Shown one piece after another: positions 26,703 through 40,140 of a DNA stretch of 64,000 nt. A model generated the notes under the pieces. The model was given only the letters and a program-made list of their open reading frames with translations, did no database searches and had not been told where the DNA came from. Every line of letters starts with the position of its first letter. Positions within the stretch are counted from its first letter, which is position 1. The stretch comes from Bilabrum cf. latius (Eukaryota), in contig OZ237741.1 in the NCBI GenBank assembly GCA_965178125.1, forward strand, positions 372,001-436,000. Direction: 5' to 3'. Both the position numbers and the translations under genes were made by a program.

Positions 26703-26924
26703 ATCACGAGACGGCTACTGAATGGATTCTTGCGCAATGATCTGTTGCGTCTGAATTGTTGAATCTCGAGATTTCTCGGTTTTAGAAGCATCTACGCCAA
26801 ATCGTTCGATGTATCATTATCCATGCACGAAATTACAATGCACACCCAATGGATCCTCACGGTTCCACTGCAATGTACCGCACCTACATCTCAATCGCCG
26901 CTAGCCGCTGCATCTTGAGGTTGC

Positions 26925-28888
26925 TCAGCCGAGCAGACGGTTGATCGCGAACTGCACGTTGCCGTGCGTGGCCCTAAGCGCTTCAAGGTTTCGGGCATCG
27001 TCTGTAAAGCCAAGCTCCCGCATCTGGCGCATCTGATCGGCAAACCGGACCGAGTCATCCACGGCAGGCGCCGCTGGCGCGGGGGCCGGAGATGCAGCGG
27101 GGGATGCAGCCGGCGCTGGCGCCGGGGATGAGGCAGCCGGGGAGGGTGCAGGGGCCGAAGCCGGGGCCGGGGCCGGTGCCCCGGGCATGCCGGGCATACC
27201 GGGCATGCCACCGCCCATGCCGCCCATGCCGCCCATCATGGCAGCCATCATTGGGTTCATGCCGGGCATGCCAGGGGCCGGTGCTCCCCCGCCCGACGGC
27301 GGTGCGCCAGCGTCTCCTCCCATGCCGGGCATGCCGGGCATTCCGCCGCCCATGCCGCCCATCATGGCAGCCATAGGGTTGCCGCCTGCCCCACCGGCAC
27401 CTGCCATGCCAGCGGCCATGCGCATCATCTCCGGGGACATCATCCTCCTGATGGTCTCGGGGTTGGAGAGCATCTCGCGCATGGCGGGGTTGGACTGCAG
27501 CATCTGGCCCAGCATGGGGTTCATGCGAGCCATGTTGTCGATGAAGCCGGGAGAGGACATCATGTTCACCATCATCTCCCTCATCGCAGGATTCTCCATC
27601 ATGGCGGCTGCGCCCGCCAGCCCGCCCGGAGGCATCCCGCCCGGCATTCCGCCGCCCATACCACCGGGCATCCCGCCTGGCATTCCACCTGGCATTCCAC
27701 CCATGCCCCCCATTCCGCCCATCCCACCCATGCCGCCCATCATGGCAGCGAAGGGGTTCGCGCCGGGAGCTCCAGGCGCCGGGGATCCAGCTGCGGGTGC
27801 TCCAGCAGGTGCTGCGGTGACAACAGGGAACATCGGCAAAAGCAAAAGGCAATGCACTGGGAGCATGGCATGGCTTGCGCTTAGACAACGAACGAGGCTC
27901 GACACGAAGACACACGGCAGATGAAGAAACCTGTGCGAGACTCACCGCCAGAGCTGCCAGCACTGTCGCCTCCAGGCACAGCACCGCCAGCCCTGGCGGC
28001 AGACGGTGCCGCGCCTCCAAAGGCCGCGAATGGATTGAAACCGCCGCCCATGCCCATCCCGCCCATGCCCATGCCGCCCATTCCCATGCCGCCCATTCCC
28101 ATGCCACCGGCAGGAGGAGAAGGCCTGCCCCACGGGTTGGGCAAGGCAGAGGCCCTCACGGGCCCCTCCCTGTCCATCGCCGCGTGCCTGCGTGCCTCTT
28201 CCGCCTCCCTCACCGCCTCCTCGTGCGTAGAGGGCGCGGAGCCTACCGTCTCGTCCTTGCCACGGGCAGCGTCCGCCTCGTCAGCGTACCTGGGACCCAT
28301 GGAATCCCTCCAGAAACGCTAGAGTGCGGCTTCGCCGCCCTCGTGGGACATGAGTCTCTGCATGGCTTGGTCGGCGCTCTGCATGAGCTCTGCCTTGTAG
28401 GCGGGGTCCATGGCAGCGCGCATAGCTCTCTGCATGTTGATGGGGTCAAGGAGGGCCTCGGCCATCTCGGGGCGGGACTCGAGCATGCGCCGCATGTCGG
28501 GGTGGGCTTCCATCATGGTTCGCATGAGGTCTCTGTTTCCCATCATGCTTTGCATCATTGGGTTTTCGAACATGGAAGAGGGGTCCGCTGAGCCGGCCTC
28601 ACCTGGGGCTGGAGCGGCAGCGGGGGCAGCCGCAGGGGCCGCCCTCGGTGCCGCCGGAGACTTGGCCTTCTTAACTACCATGTGGACTGCCATGCCGTCC
28701 TCGATGCCGCAAGACTTGAGCGTTTGGTCATCCTTGAGAATCTTGCCGCGGAAAACGATCTTGAGGTTCTCCGGAGGCGCACCTGCGTCAGGGCTAACTG
28801 TTTCTTTTAGATTCAGGACAGTAGGATCGTCTTCCTTAACGACCACATCGTACTATCCTCCACTGATCGTTTTAACCTTGATATTCAT
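26925..28888 (-). CDS. DSK2: Ubiquilin/Dsk2 (UBL-STI1-UBA); intron 27812-27945 (TAG=Gln)
   Basis: UBL MNIKVKTISGG[TAG]YDV..LKIVFRGKILKDDQTL..GIEDGMAVHMV; STI1-like Met-rich repeats, LPNPW; UBA RFADQMRQMRELGFTDDARNLEALRATHGNVQFAINRLL; GTGAGT..CCGCAG intron restores frame; TGA 26925-26927. The ATG is preceded by CCCCGCAG, so an upstream exon is possible. Confidence 0.92.
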
Positions 28889-29475
28889 CTGCGGGGATTC
28901 ATAGCGGTGATTGACACATCTGGTTCCGGTTCGGTGACACTGCGTTCCCTCCCGACCTCGGAAAGCAAGTGTTAACACTAACAACGAAAAATTCAATACA
29001 CATTTAGTCCGATTCTGTCGATAACTGGCAGTAGGCAGTCGTGCGTACTGAACACCAAGAAACACTACGACGACGTGGCGAGCATGTTCTGGTCGCCAAA
29101 CCACGATTGAGATTGCATGAAGTAGTAATTCAACTCAACCGATCAATCATTTGAACATGAATACGTCAAAATAGTCACACCAATCATCCACTGCTTGCTC
29201 GCAGCGAGCTATACATGAGGCCAATGCCAGCTGGGATAGCAGCACCGACAACAGCATCGACCAATCCACTATAATCCGGGTCAAACAGGGGTGAAAACGC
29301 ATGATAACAACCAATGAACTCCCAATAGAAACCCAAGAACTGCTCACACTTGCTATCGGTACCTCAGTGAAGCCGAAAATGGATGCAGGCGACCAAAGCT
29401 ATGAAACAACACGTTATTAAATTCGAATTGGGATGCATTTTATACAAATTTTGCTCGTCTGCAAGCTGTCTTGCG

Positions 29476-31884
29476 ATGGCGGCTCATGACTTGGGATAGT
29501 TTCGATACTCAAATAGCCCAAAAGGTCTATCATCCAGCAAGACTTCCCCCCGACCTTCAAAAAGCACCGCAGAGGCTGAGAAGCACACGCCTCCAACGGC
29601 AACTGCAAGGTCGAGCAGTATTGCTTGCCATTACATCCCCCAATAGCTTGTCTCGCCACACCAAGGAAGCTTGTATCGGGATAAGCTTGCCAGTGTCTGT
29701 CAGATTTGCAGAAGAAAGCATTCGGTTCCGTGCAATCACTGGCCCGAAATACCCCTGCGGGCCATTATGCTTGGGCACAACCCCTCTGAGACTGCATGGC
29801 GAACAGGGCTCGCATATGGCCACCCTGCAAATCGCATGACATAGCTACTTTCATCATCGCGGTGCCAGCCGAAGTGGATGTCACTGCGCGAGCAAGATGC
29901 GCTACCAGCCGCCTGTGGCGTGGGGTTCTTGGACACTTGCTCCCTGCCCGGCAACATGGCCAGTGACTGGTCTCCTCACTAGATGGCAGCAGTTTGGAGA
30001 CCACAAGCGTTTGCACGGCTGCGATGGCACATGATACGGAGCAGGATTCTTCTGGATGCTCGGTTCCGGCGGTCTTTGGCGCACGAGGCTGCACGTGCTC
30101 TGCTCGCAAGCACCGCGCGAGAAAGTTCCGGTGTTCCCATTGATGCAGTAAGCAGTAAATCTCAGATCCAATCCATGCCTGAAACAGAGGCGCTGTTTTC
30201 TTCTGGGATTGCCTCTTCTCGCCCTTAGGAGAAGGGTGCCACTGGCATCGAATAGACTGGCAACAGCGAGCAAGACACGGCTGCGTGCCTTGCGTTGGCT
30301 GCCGTCAGGTCAATGGCAGCGGCCGCTAGGCAGGCGCATAGCAGGATAGAATTTTTGCGCTCGGTGGCATGGCCAGGGCCAGCATACCCAGACAATACAG
30401 GGCCAGCATATCAAGACAAAACAGCCAGCAGCGATTCAAGCGCACAACTTGCTCGCGAGTCGTAGGTCGCTGCTGCGTCTGAATAGCAATCAAAGGGAGA
30501 TGATGTGTCAGTGTCATTGAAATCTGCATCTAAATCCGGAGCCTACAGCACAATAGCAAGCGGAACTATGGTGCCTGGGGATACCGAAGCTGCCGGCATT
30601 GCTGCTAGCCGGCCAAGCAGAATTGCCGCCTCTACTGATAGGTCTTCTCGAGATGCACAGGCATACAGATCAAGAATTGATCAGCATGCAATTTTCAGCG
30701 TTGATAGGCTTCTGCTTGAGGCTGCGCCCCCGTTTGTGTTTAGTGGAAGGGGTGGGGTGGGCACCGCCACATCGAGCACTGCAGCAGCAGCTGCATCGGT
30801 GGCAGTAGCCGGCAACAGTGAGAAACATGTCATCAGGACGGCGCCTGAGTCTCCCCGCTAGACGGTGCTTGGAGAGAAATCAAAACGATCACGTTCGCTA
30901 GGGTACTTTGCTGATAGTTCAGGGGAGGGAACGGCTCCAAACAAGAGACCCCGTGTCGAAACACAGCCTTCACGTAGATCAGCATCAGTGGCAGGTGCTC
31001 CAGAGTCGGATTGCGACCGAGTTGGCGGCACAGATGCACAAATTGCTGCGTTCTTGTAGCAGTGCGTCGCGATTTTAGACAAAGTTGATACGACAGCGCC
31101 GGAGTGGAGGAGCTATGCGCCACGAGTGCTGGCTGTCACCGGGCGAAAGCAGTTTCTTGACATCTTCGCCAAAGCATCCGCAGCAGCTCGCAAGCCCAGC
31201 TCGACTTCTTCGCGTCAAGACCATCGAGCTGCCTCTACCGGGGGGCGGACCGAGTCATCGACGACATCATCGGCGAGCAAAAGTAGCAGCAGCAGCAGCA
31301 GCAGCAGCGACTCGGCATTAAGGGACGGTTCCTCGTCCATGTGCGGCCACAGCAAACCCACATCTGGCGCGCCAAGTGCCTGTTCCCTACCCCTAAATAG
31401 CCCTGGAGCACCGTCTAGAGCAGCACTCACAGCTGCGCTTGGGAAACCTTTCACGCCTTCGCAGGGGACAAGGCCCAGCGCAGCGAGCGTGCGAGACTCA
31501 ACGGTCGTCGAGGTGATCCATGGACCAGCTGGATCTACCGTGCCGTCCTCGGCTGCAAGCTCAAAAGCCGCGACGAAGCATGCATTCTCACGCCCAGACC
31601 ATCCAGCGTCGGCCGAAGATCAGGACGAAGTAGTGGATCTGCTGTCGAGCTAGGAGTCTGGCAAGGACTCGGATGCAGGCGAGGACAGAAGTCGGGACCT
31701 CCGAGCGAACAGCCGCATACAGGTACCAGCGCCGCCCGGGTGGCCGTTTCCGCCGAACAGCTGCGTCGTCCTATCGTTGCTGTCATCCTCAGGCCGGGCT
31801 AGTGCTTTTTCGCAGCATCGCGATTTACAGTTTTCACTGTTAGCAAGTATGGTCAATGGATCGCCGTGGCCTCGGGGAGAGTGA
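29476..31884 (+). CDS. G:U/G:T mismatch DNA glycosylase (MUG/TDG, UDG family 2)-like protein with large insertions (TAG=Gln)
   Basis: Single frame with 11 TAGs: LRAIMLGHNPSETAWRTGLAYGHPANRM (motif 1 GxNP at 29773), GVGFLD, APRVLAVTGRKQF (~31120), PPGWPF..LLSSSGRA (motif 2, ~31780); TGA 31882-31884. Alternative ATG at 29401. Confidence 0.78.
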
Positions 31885-32656
31885 GACGCACGGCAGGGTC
31901 AGTGGGGGCGGTGGGCATTTCACTTTTATAGCGCCACATCAATGAGCAGACACCGTCTTCAGGTTGATGCTACAGCCCAGTGCTTCGGGCTGACACGATT
32001 GGCGCGTCATCTGCGTGGTGGGTAGTGCCCTATGATACCAGGGAGTATGACGCAGCGTGGTAGCTGGCAGTGGAAAGTACGCGCAAGTATTGCTACATCG
32101 ACCTGCTGCATTGTTCTAGATTGGATGTCTTCAAACTTCAATCATGGATCTCTGGATCTCTGGATCTCAGTAGCATGGCCAGGACAGAGTCCAGGCCATA
32201 GTACCCTGCACCGCACAACAGCTACACGAGCAACGTGCGAGCACCTTCTAGCGTTGTTCCTTGATGAACTTTGGGGCCGTATTGGGTACAGCGTCACTGG
32301 TGAGATCGCGCAATGCCAGATTCACGAAGACTACAGCTGTTCGCAGCGATTTTCTTTGGGGAGGTCGCACAGTCTGATGGGCATCCCATTCCATCGGCCA
32401 CCCACTGAGCATGATTTTCCCGCCATGGCTACATGGAGCCGTTCTGGATGCTGTGTGCTGGCCCACAATGTATGCAAAGTCATAACATTTGGCAAGAGAG
32501 ATCTCATGCTTAGGCTTCCCATAGTCGCAGAACTGCACCCCTTGCACACGCAATAAGCACACTGCAACAAATAGGCCCACAGACACTGAAAACTCTGAAG
32601 GTGTCGTTTTCCTTCGTGCTGCATCGATCTTGCTTCACCACCAGCTTGGACACGAC

Positions 32657-33235
32657 TTAGGTAGTTGCGCTGGATGACGCGGCACTTGCGCCTGAGCTGG
32701 CTGCACCGCCGGATGCTGGGCCACTTGTACTCGCATCAACAGTTGGCGGTGGTACCAACGCTTCCGCAATAGGGTTGGAATGAATGGTCACGCCTGAGAT
32801 TTCAATATCAACCGTTGGCTTGTACTTCTTCCCTTTCACCGGCACTCGCTCCAGCGCGTCCAAGACTTCGATACCATCGATCACGTTACCAATAACTGTA
32901 AACTAACCATCAAGATGAGACTACGGCGCGTACGTGATGTAAAACTAAGAGCCATACTGCTTCTTGACCTTGGCGAGTGCAACGCAGCCGCGCTTGTCGT
33001 GCTTCAGACCGTCTTCAGTTTCCAGCTCTTTGCCATTCCATGTGCTACCGCCTTTGCCTGTTCCAGTAGGGTCCCCACCCTGGATACAAAAACCTGCTAG
33101 GTTTCTGTGGAAAGATGACTTGACGTAAGTCCCCATTCCACAGTGAGCCAGAAAGTTGGAGCAGCCGTACGGTGCTTTGTCACAAGCAAGCTCTAGCTTG
33201 AGGTCACCAAGAGTTGTATGAAGGGTAACGCTCAT
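32657..33235 (-). CDS. PPIL3: Cyclophilin-type peptidyl-prolyl isomerase PPIL3/Cyp10, 192 aa (TAG=Gln)
   Basis: MSVTLHTTLGDLKLEL..NFLAHC..FHRNLAGFCIQGGDPTGTGKGG..GS[TAG]FYITYAP[TAG]SHLDG[TAG]FTVIGNVIDG..GVTIHSNPIA; TAA 32657-32659. Confidence 0.95.
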
Positions 33236-33406
33236 GGCAAGCAATTTTAATTTATTGCGTCAGGGATGGTGTCTTTCAAGGAGTGAAATGATCAAGTTCA
33301 TGATTGGCACAGCAATGCACTGCACCTTTCCTGGGCAAGGCCAAAAAAATTGTAGCTGCGGTTGAATGCGTCCGAAGAAACTTGTTGACGACGCCCTGGC
33401 GTTTTC

Positions 33407-36400
33407 TCATCCCCTCGACGAGAAGAGGAACTTCATGTCCTCCTCCGTGAGCCGCGACATGGCTGCCTGGTCCCTGCCCACGGTGGCCTCGAACACGAGG
33501 CTCTTCTTCTCCTGCAGGGCCAGCACCCGCTCCTCCACAGTCCCAGCCATGACGAACCTAGTCGCCGTGATGGGCCGCCGCTGGCCCAGCCGGTGGGTCC
33601 TATCCAGGGCCTGGGCCTCTGCTGCAGCACTCCACCAAGGGTCCAGGAGCATGATACGCGAGGCCGCCGTCAGGTTGATCGCCACACCCCCTGCCTTGAG
33701 CGAGATCAAGAACGCCGTGATGGAGGGGTCCTTGCTGAACGCCTCGATGATCCGATCCCTCGCCTTCCTCGACATCCTGCCGTCCATCTTGACGCAGCGC
33801 ACCCCTGCGTAGCTCAGCCTATGCTCCACGAGGTCGAGCATGCTCACGAACTGGGAGAACACGATGCACTTCGCGCCGGGCTCCTCCCGCTGCATGTTGT
33901 AGATCTCCTCCAGCAACGCCTCGATCTTGCTGCTGCTGCGGAATGCGCCGCCTACTCTGTCTCTCGGGATGCGGTTGATGATGCTGCTGCGGGCGACGCC
34001 AACCACGCGGGAGCTGGCAGCCGCGGCTGCCTCATCGCCAGCATCACCAGCTTCAAGCGCCTGCCTGGCCGCCGTCGTCGCCGCTTCGTTGATGTCGATG
34101 GCTGCCATGCATGCCGGGCAACTGGGCACCTCGTCAGCAGATTCCTCCCCGCTGTCCTCCATGGTGGCAGCGGAGGCTGCTGCTGACGAGGATGACGATG
34201 AGGATGCAACCGGTGATTTTGATGGCGAGGACATAGCTGAAAGATCCACAGCCACGCCATTCACACGACTTGTGCCGGGCGCGGGGCTGCCTGCTCGCCC
34301 AGTCGACTTGCCTTTCTTCCCCTTCCCCTTCTTCTTCCCTTTCGGGCTGGGTGTGGCAGCAACCGAACCTGCAGCAGAGCCGCCGCTAGGGCCTGCCTCG
34401 CCGTCAGTTTCATCTACCTCGCACACGGCAGGGACAGCATGGCCAGAGGATCGGAGCAGGTCCGCGAGGCAGCCGGCACAGAAGGTGTGCCGGCACCTCA
34501 AAATCACAGGCGACTCTGCTGCTTCTCTGCACAGCCCGCACACATCGGTAGTGCCAGTCAGGGCGCGGCCCGCCGACGAAGCGGCGGCATCTGCCGCTGC
34601 CTCTCCTCCCGCACTCTGCGTCCTCGTGCCGTGCAGCACGAGGTACGGATGATCGCACGCTTGGCGCAGCCGCATGAGCAAATCGAAGATGTGGCTGTAG
34701 TTGTGCTTCATGGTGCCCCGCTCCGAGTACGCCTCGAATTTCGTCTTGGATGACGTGTACAGCGACTTGTAGAAATCGTTCTCGTACTGGTCGAGGGTAT
34801 CTCTCCGCAGTCGCACCACGCGACAAGGCAGTGCGAGGTCGGCTGACCTGCTCGCTTTCGTGCGTCGCAGCAGGAGATTCTTGAGCACCTGGTTGCGCAG
34901 CACCATCATGGCGGCTCGACCAGGGCCCTCAAACCCGTAGCTTGCGATAGGCGTGGCGACGTACTTGTTCCACCAGCAATAGTGCCGCAATGGGCTGTGC
35001 CCGCACAGGTCACAGGACCGCTGGTCGGCGCCGAACCGGTAGTCCAGGCTCTTGCAGGGGCAGTTCTTGCAGTAATAGTAGGCGAAAGGGTCGATCCGAA
35101 GGAACCGAATCAGCGAGTACAGCTCCGCCACACGATTCTGCAAAGGCGTGCCCGACAGGCACCACCTTCTCTCCGCCGTGAGAGCGAAGGCCGCCTTGGA
35201 CGTGCCTGCCCTCCTGTTCTTGATTGCGTGGGCCTCGTCCAAGACCACTCGCCTCCAGAAGATCCTCTGTAGCACGCTCACGGGACCGACCCCCACACCC
35301 CCATCGCTGGCTGGGCTATCATCTTCTTCGTTATCGTCATCTTCATCATCGCTGTCGATCATGATCATGGCGCCCTACTTCTTTTTCGCAGCATTGCTCT
35401 TCGTGGCGCGCTTGCCGGGGCCTCCTTTCGGGGGGCGACCGCGACCGCGCTTCTTGAGCGACACTGACGCTGATGCCTTGGGTGAAGCACCGCGCTTCTT
35501 GCTGTCCGCCGAGGCGGCATCGTCCTCATCATCTGAGGAATCGCTGGACAATTCGATCACCTGATCGCTCGAGGAGTCCGACTCTTTGCCGCTGCCCTCG
35601 CCCTCGAAGTCGCCATCGTCACCGTCACTGCCGCTGTCAAGGTCACCAGATTGGAACGCAGCTCTGGATTTCTTGGCGGAGGCAGCTGCAGACGCACGTT
35701 TTCGCCCGGCGATGCTATTTCCAGGATCAGTTGCTGTCGTCCTGCTGCTTTGCTTTTTACTTCTGCTGTTGCTCGGGGACTACAAAGCAGCTCGTCCAGA
35801 TGCAGTGGCGCGCGCCCCACCCCATGTGGTGCCCTCATCACTATCAGAGTCACTGTGGTCCTTCATGCTAGCGCTACCCTTCTTGCCATTCTTGGCATTC
35901 TTGGGGGAGCGGCCGCTGCGAGGCGTGCTGCTTGCCTTGGAGGCAGATGCAGATGCTGATGCTGAGCGAGCGGAAATGGATGACTTTGCACCCCCTTTGG
36001 ACTTGCCACTTGCCTTTCCCTTCGACTTCGATGAAGGAGACGCCGCAGCAGAACCCCCCGACCGCCTCTCCGTCTTGCTCTGGGCCTCGGTGCGCTTGGC
36101 GTTCGGACCGCAAAAGTACCTGAGATGGATAGCAAGCTTCGATTCTAGAAACAGCTTGCCGCACCAGGGACACTCTTGCTTGGCCGGCTCCACCATTTTC
36201 CGGAACTCGGCTTCCAGTACGGAGTACGTAGTCAGCACCACGTCGTGCTTCAGCAGCTCGGCAGGGTCGGTCGTGCGCTTGGGACCGTGGTGCTCATACA
36301 CCGTGACCGACCCCGGTGCGCAGCGCTTTTCGATTTCCTGCCTCCACTAGCTGACCGCCACCACGGGACACACCACGAGCGTGCACTTGGTGGGAGGTCC

Positions 36401-38119
36401 CTGCGGCGCGGGCGCATAAAAGGCGGGGTTTTCGCTGCGACCCAGAAACGTCTTGTCCAGAGTCGGTTTGGTCCCTTTGGTTCTCCGACCGGTGAGCACC
36501 GTCTTCGTGGCTGACTCTGGGAGCCTCCCACCCGCAAAAATGAATTTTAATGGGGCAGACGGGTCATCCCAGCGCACAGCGCTCGGTGCTGCGGCGGCCT
36601 CATCGTCCTCGCCCTCTCCGGTAACGAGGCCACCGGCGCTTCCGACCGCAGAGGCCACTGTCGCCTTGGCCAACTTGTGGTTGGCATCATCGATCTCCAC
36701 CGCAAGGGCACTCACCATGGCCTTACGAGATGGCTTGGGGGCTGTTGTGGTACTACTGCTGGACGAGCTGGATGCATGACCAGTACCACCAGTACCGCTG
36801 CTAGAGGAGGCCGCTTGACCGGCAGCTGCCACCGCGTCGCCTGGAGCAGGCGGAAGTGCATGCGATGCCGCTGCTATCCGGAGCTTCGGCTTAATGACCG
36901 GACTTGATTTTGATGCTGGCACTGCATGACCCCGCTCTGCGCGCCGCTTCTTGCTGGCAGGTGCTTCGACTGCGCCAGCGTCCTCTCTACTACCAGGTTC
37001 TTTCACTGCAGAGCTTGCATCTGCCTCTGCCTGCAAGTCCTCGAAGCCCTCCATCCCACTGCTTGAGGTCGCACCAACGGTGGTGCTCGCGTTGTGCCCG
37101 CCTGCCATGACCCCAGCTGCAGCCTCGATCGCATCCAGCTGCGCGTCAGCTGACATGGCCAGTGACGTGCTGCCGGCACTGGGCTTGCTAGCACCGGCAG
37201 GGCTAGAGCTAGGGCCAGCTGATGCCGACGATGGCGCCGAACTGGAGGCTACCTCCTCTGGGCTGAGAAGAATGGGCGCATCCTCGTCTAAGTCTGCTGC
37301 GCTCCTTTGCGACAACCTTGGCTTCGGGGATTGCTTCGGGCTTGCGCTGCGCTTGCGCTTGTTGCCTGGGGATGGAGACTTCCTACCCGTGCCGCCTTTC
37401 TTAACAGCACGTTTTGCTGCCGCCTTGGCCGCCTTGGCCGCTGCCTTTTGCGCTCTCGCTTCTTTGCGGGCCTTCTTCTTCCTGAGTTTCTCTTCCTCCT
37501 TTGCCATGAGCATCCGTTCGCGGTGAACTCCCTCGCTTACATACGGGCTGAAGCCTCGAGGGATCTGCCGCTCCGCGCCACGTGGAAGCTTTTCGCCCCT
37601 AGAAAGGGCTGCAAGCAGGTCTGGTCTCAGTCTGTACTGCGGCAGCGGGTCAGATTCGTTGGCAAGCATGACTGCGATGGTTTGCAGCGTTTTTCCGAGA
37701 CCCATCTCGTCCGCCAGGATGCCGCCTCTAAAGCCACTGTGTTCTTGGTGACACATCCACGCGAGTCCTTCCATCTAAAAGGGTAGTAGCTGTGCCCCTG
37801 TAAGCTTCGCTGGCTGCGCCACGGCGGGGGCAATGGCTCTAAGCCCACCTAAGTCATCAACTTCATTCGCTATGCCCAATGCCTGCGCTCCCTGCTGCAC
37901 GACATCGCGCATCTCTTTGGATCCGTACGCACGGAATACCTTCTGCGGCTTGGAAGCACTCTATTCCTTCTTTGCGGACGAGGAAGTTGCTGACGGTTCC
38001 TTCTTGTCAGGGGTCTGCGCCGCCGACGTGGCCAGCTCATCGCGGTCTATCTGAGCATCCTCCTACTCGATAGGTCCATCAGAAGGAGCTTCAAAGTCAG
38101 AATCAGATTCACCCGACAT
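33407..38119 (-). CDS. RAD16: RAD16/RAD5-family SNF2 helicase with RING finger, ~1570 aa (TAG=Gln)
   Basis: LLPF[TAG][35 protein letters not shown][TAG][88 protein letters not shown] 33407-33409. Confidence 0.92.
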
Positions 38120-38280
38120 GATAGTAGTAGGGATTGCGGCAGGTGTCGCAATTCGCGCCTTCTACTGCACTGGAAAAAGTGCAAAGCAACTGTGCCGCAC
38201 GGGGGTTCGCTTGTCTATGCAGAACGTTCCGAACAGCGAAAGGTCAATGCACAAGAACACATAAAATACGGAACGCACAG

Positions 38281-39948
38281 TCACGCAAGTCCAGCCACGG
38301 CCTATCCAACACTTTCTTTTCCCTTTGCCGCCTGCACCGCAGCCAGCATAGCGCTTGGAATTGTGACTGGCATCGACTGCCCCAGGCCGTAGTCGAAGGC
38401 AGGCCCGGCCTCCTCGGCGCCTGCAGCTGAGACGGGCCCTGCCCCAGGACCCATCTCCTGCTCGTCTCCATGCGCACTCATCACACGTTTCCCAGAAGCG
38501 GCGCTTGCGACCGCAGCTCCCCTGCCCCCCAGGTTCCTTAGGGACCATTGGGCCCCCGTGGCGAAGCTGCCCACCATCAAACCGGAACTGGCACCGGCTT
38601 GCCGCCGCCGCTATCCCCCCCCCTCCCCCTACCTGTGTCCAGCCTATGCCCCTGATTGTTCCCTGGATCCCGCCATGGGAGGCAGGCCCCCAGTGGCCAG
38701 ACTCATTGCAACTCGCATGGGCGGCATAGTTCCGGTTAGGTCGCTCTGGAGCTGATCCTGCTCATCCGCGTACCCAACAGGATTCGCGCTACCGTGCTGC
38801 ACCCCCCAGGCATCAGTCACCCTCCCCCTCCCTTCACCTCCTTCGAGATGCGCCCCTGTGCCCGTGCCCGTGCCCAGCCGGCTCGCCCATGCTTGCGCTC
38901 GCCTGCTGCGGGTCCCTAGGCTGCTGGCAGTCACGCTGCGGCCTACCCGCCCCGCCCCAGCCACAGTAACATCACTTGGGTCCCCTCCCCTCCATCCCCT
39001 GTTCCCCAGGAGGCCTTCTAGTCGCGAATCTGCGACCGATTCTCGCTCTGATCTGCCAGTGGACCGCACCGCACCCGTGAGTCCAGATATAGAGCCCGAG
39101 CCGGAATCAGTGCCAGACTGGACGCCGTCGTTGCTTCCAGTGTTAGCGGTTGCGCGATTTCCTTCATTTGTTTCGATGCTCTTTTCCGGCGGAGGCGGAA
39201 GGCTGTCTTCTGAATCGTACCCGCTCGCGACCTGCTCCTCCACTGCAGATAGGTGTCCATCATGATTACGAGCGGAGAATGACTACCAATTCGCATCGTG
39301 CACAATTCCTGATGCAGCAAACCCCTCGGATCCGGCAGAATCGGTCGCAGGGGCTGGTCTGCTCTCTGGCAGTCCAGATTCAGATATGCTTTGTCCGTTC
39401 ATAGGCATGGCTCTGATACGCACACCCATTGAGCCAGGTTCCATTGATGCATTATGAGATCCTGTAAAGCTAGACGAGCACTCGTCCCGGTCTTCAAGCT
39501 CAGCAGTGCCTGCAACTTCGTGAGTCTCACGAACTTCACTACCGGACCCCTTTGACGGACTGCCCAGCCCGGTCATAGGCACAGCAAGGGGCGACGCTTC
39601 GCTTATCTTATCACGAAATCGCGAAAACTCCTTCACTTCGTCGGAATGCAGCGCATCGACAAGAGCAGCTGCATCCGTTCGAAGCGCATCCACCTCCCCG
39701 GCCAGCCGTTCGCGCTCCTCCGCCAAGAAAGCTCGAATTCGGTCCTCTGACTCGCGCTCTTTAATCTAAATTGCAGCTGCGGCCGCATCCACCACCATAT
39801 CTTCGGCAGAAGACGTGTCAGACCTGGAAACGAGAACGAGCAGGTTCGACCAGTCGAGATCCAGTTGTTCGGACCAGCGCTTGCAGTTCTCTTTCGTATC
39901 TTGTGCCATAGCTTCAACTATCAAATTATCATTGGTGAACGTGCTCAT
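38281..39948 (-). CDS. Hypothetical protein, ~555 aa, N-terminal coiled-coil then low complexity (TAG=Gln)
   Basis: ORFs 39766-40101, 39283-39726, 38644-39243, 38302-38580 share a frame joined by TAGs only; likely ATG 39948; TGA 38281-38283. No family recognised. Confidence 0.6.
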
Positions 39949-40140
39949 ACATGCCTGGCGAGGCGGCTTTGTACTGGTCGGCAAGTCGTGCGCATACCAG
40001 AAGTACACACAACCAATCTTTGGATCGCACACGATGGACTTCAAAAAAATGATAACAGCAAAATTTTGAAGAAATGAAATAACAAATTGTGGTTGGCGCA
40101 ATATGATGGTATGCGGAAGCTTGCGGATTTGCTGCTGTCT

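Noticed and set aside
27060-28110. GGCATG-type short repeats and long overlapping ORFs
   Set aside because: Encode the Gly/Met/Pro-rich linkers of ubiquilin; the other frames are shadows.
31942-32624. ORFs between the MUG-like gene and PPIL3 (e.g. 31942-32556 with TAG read-through)
   Set aside because: No recognisable motif or coding-like composition; left unannotated, though a small spliced gene cannot be excluded.
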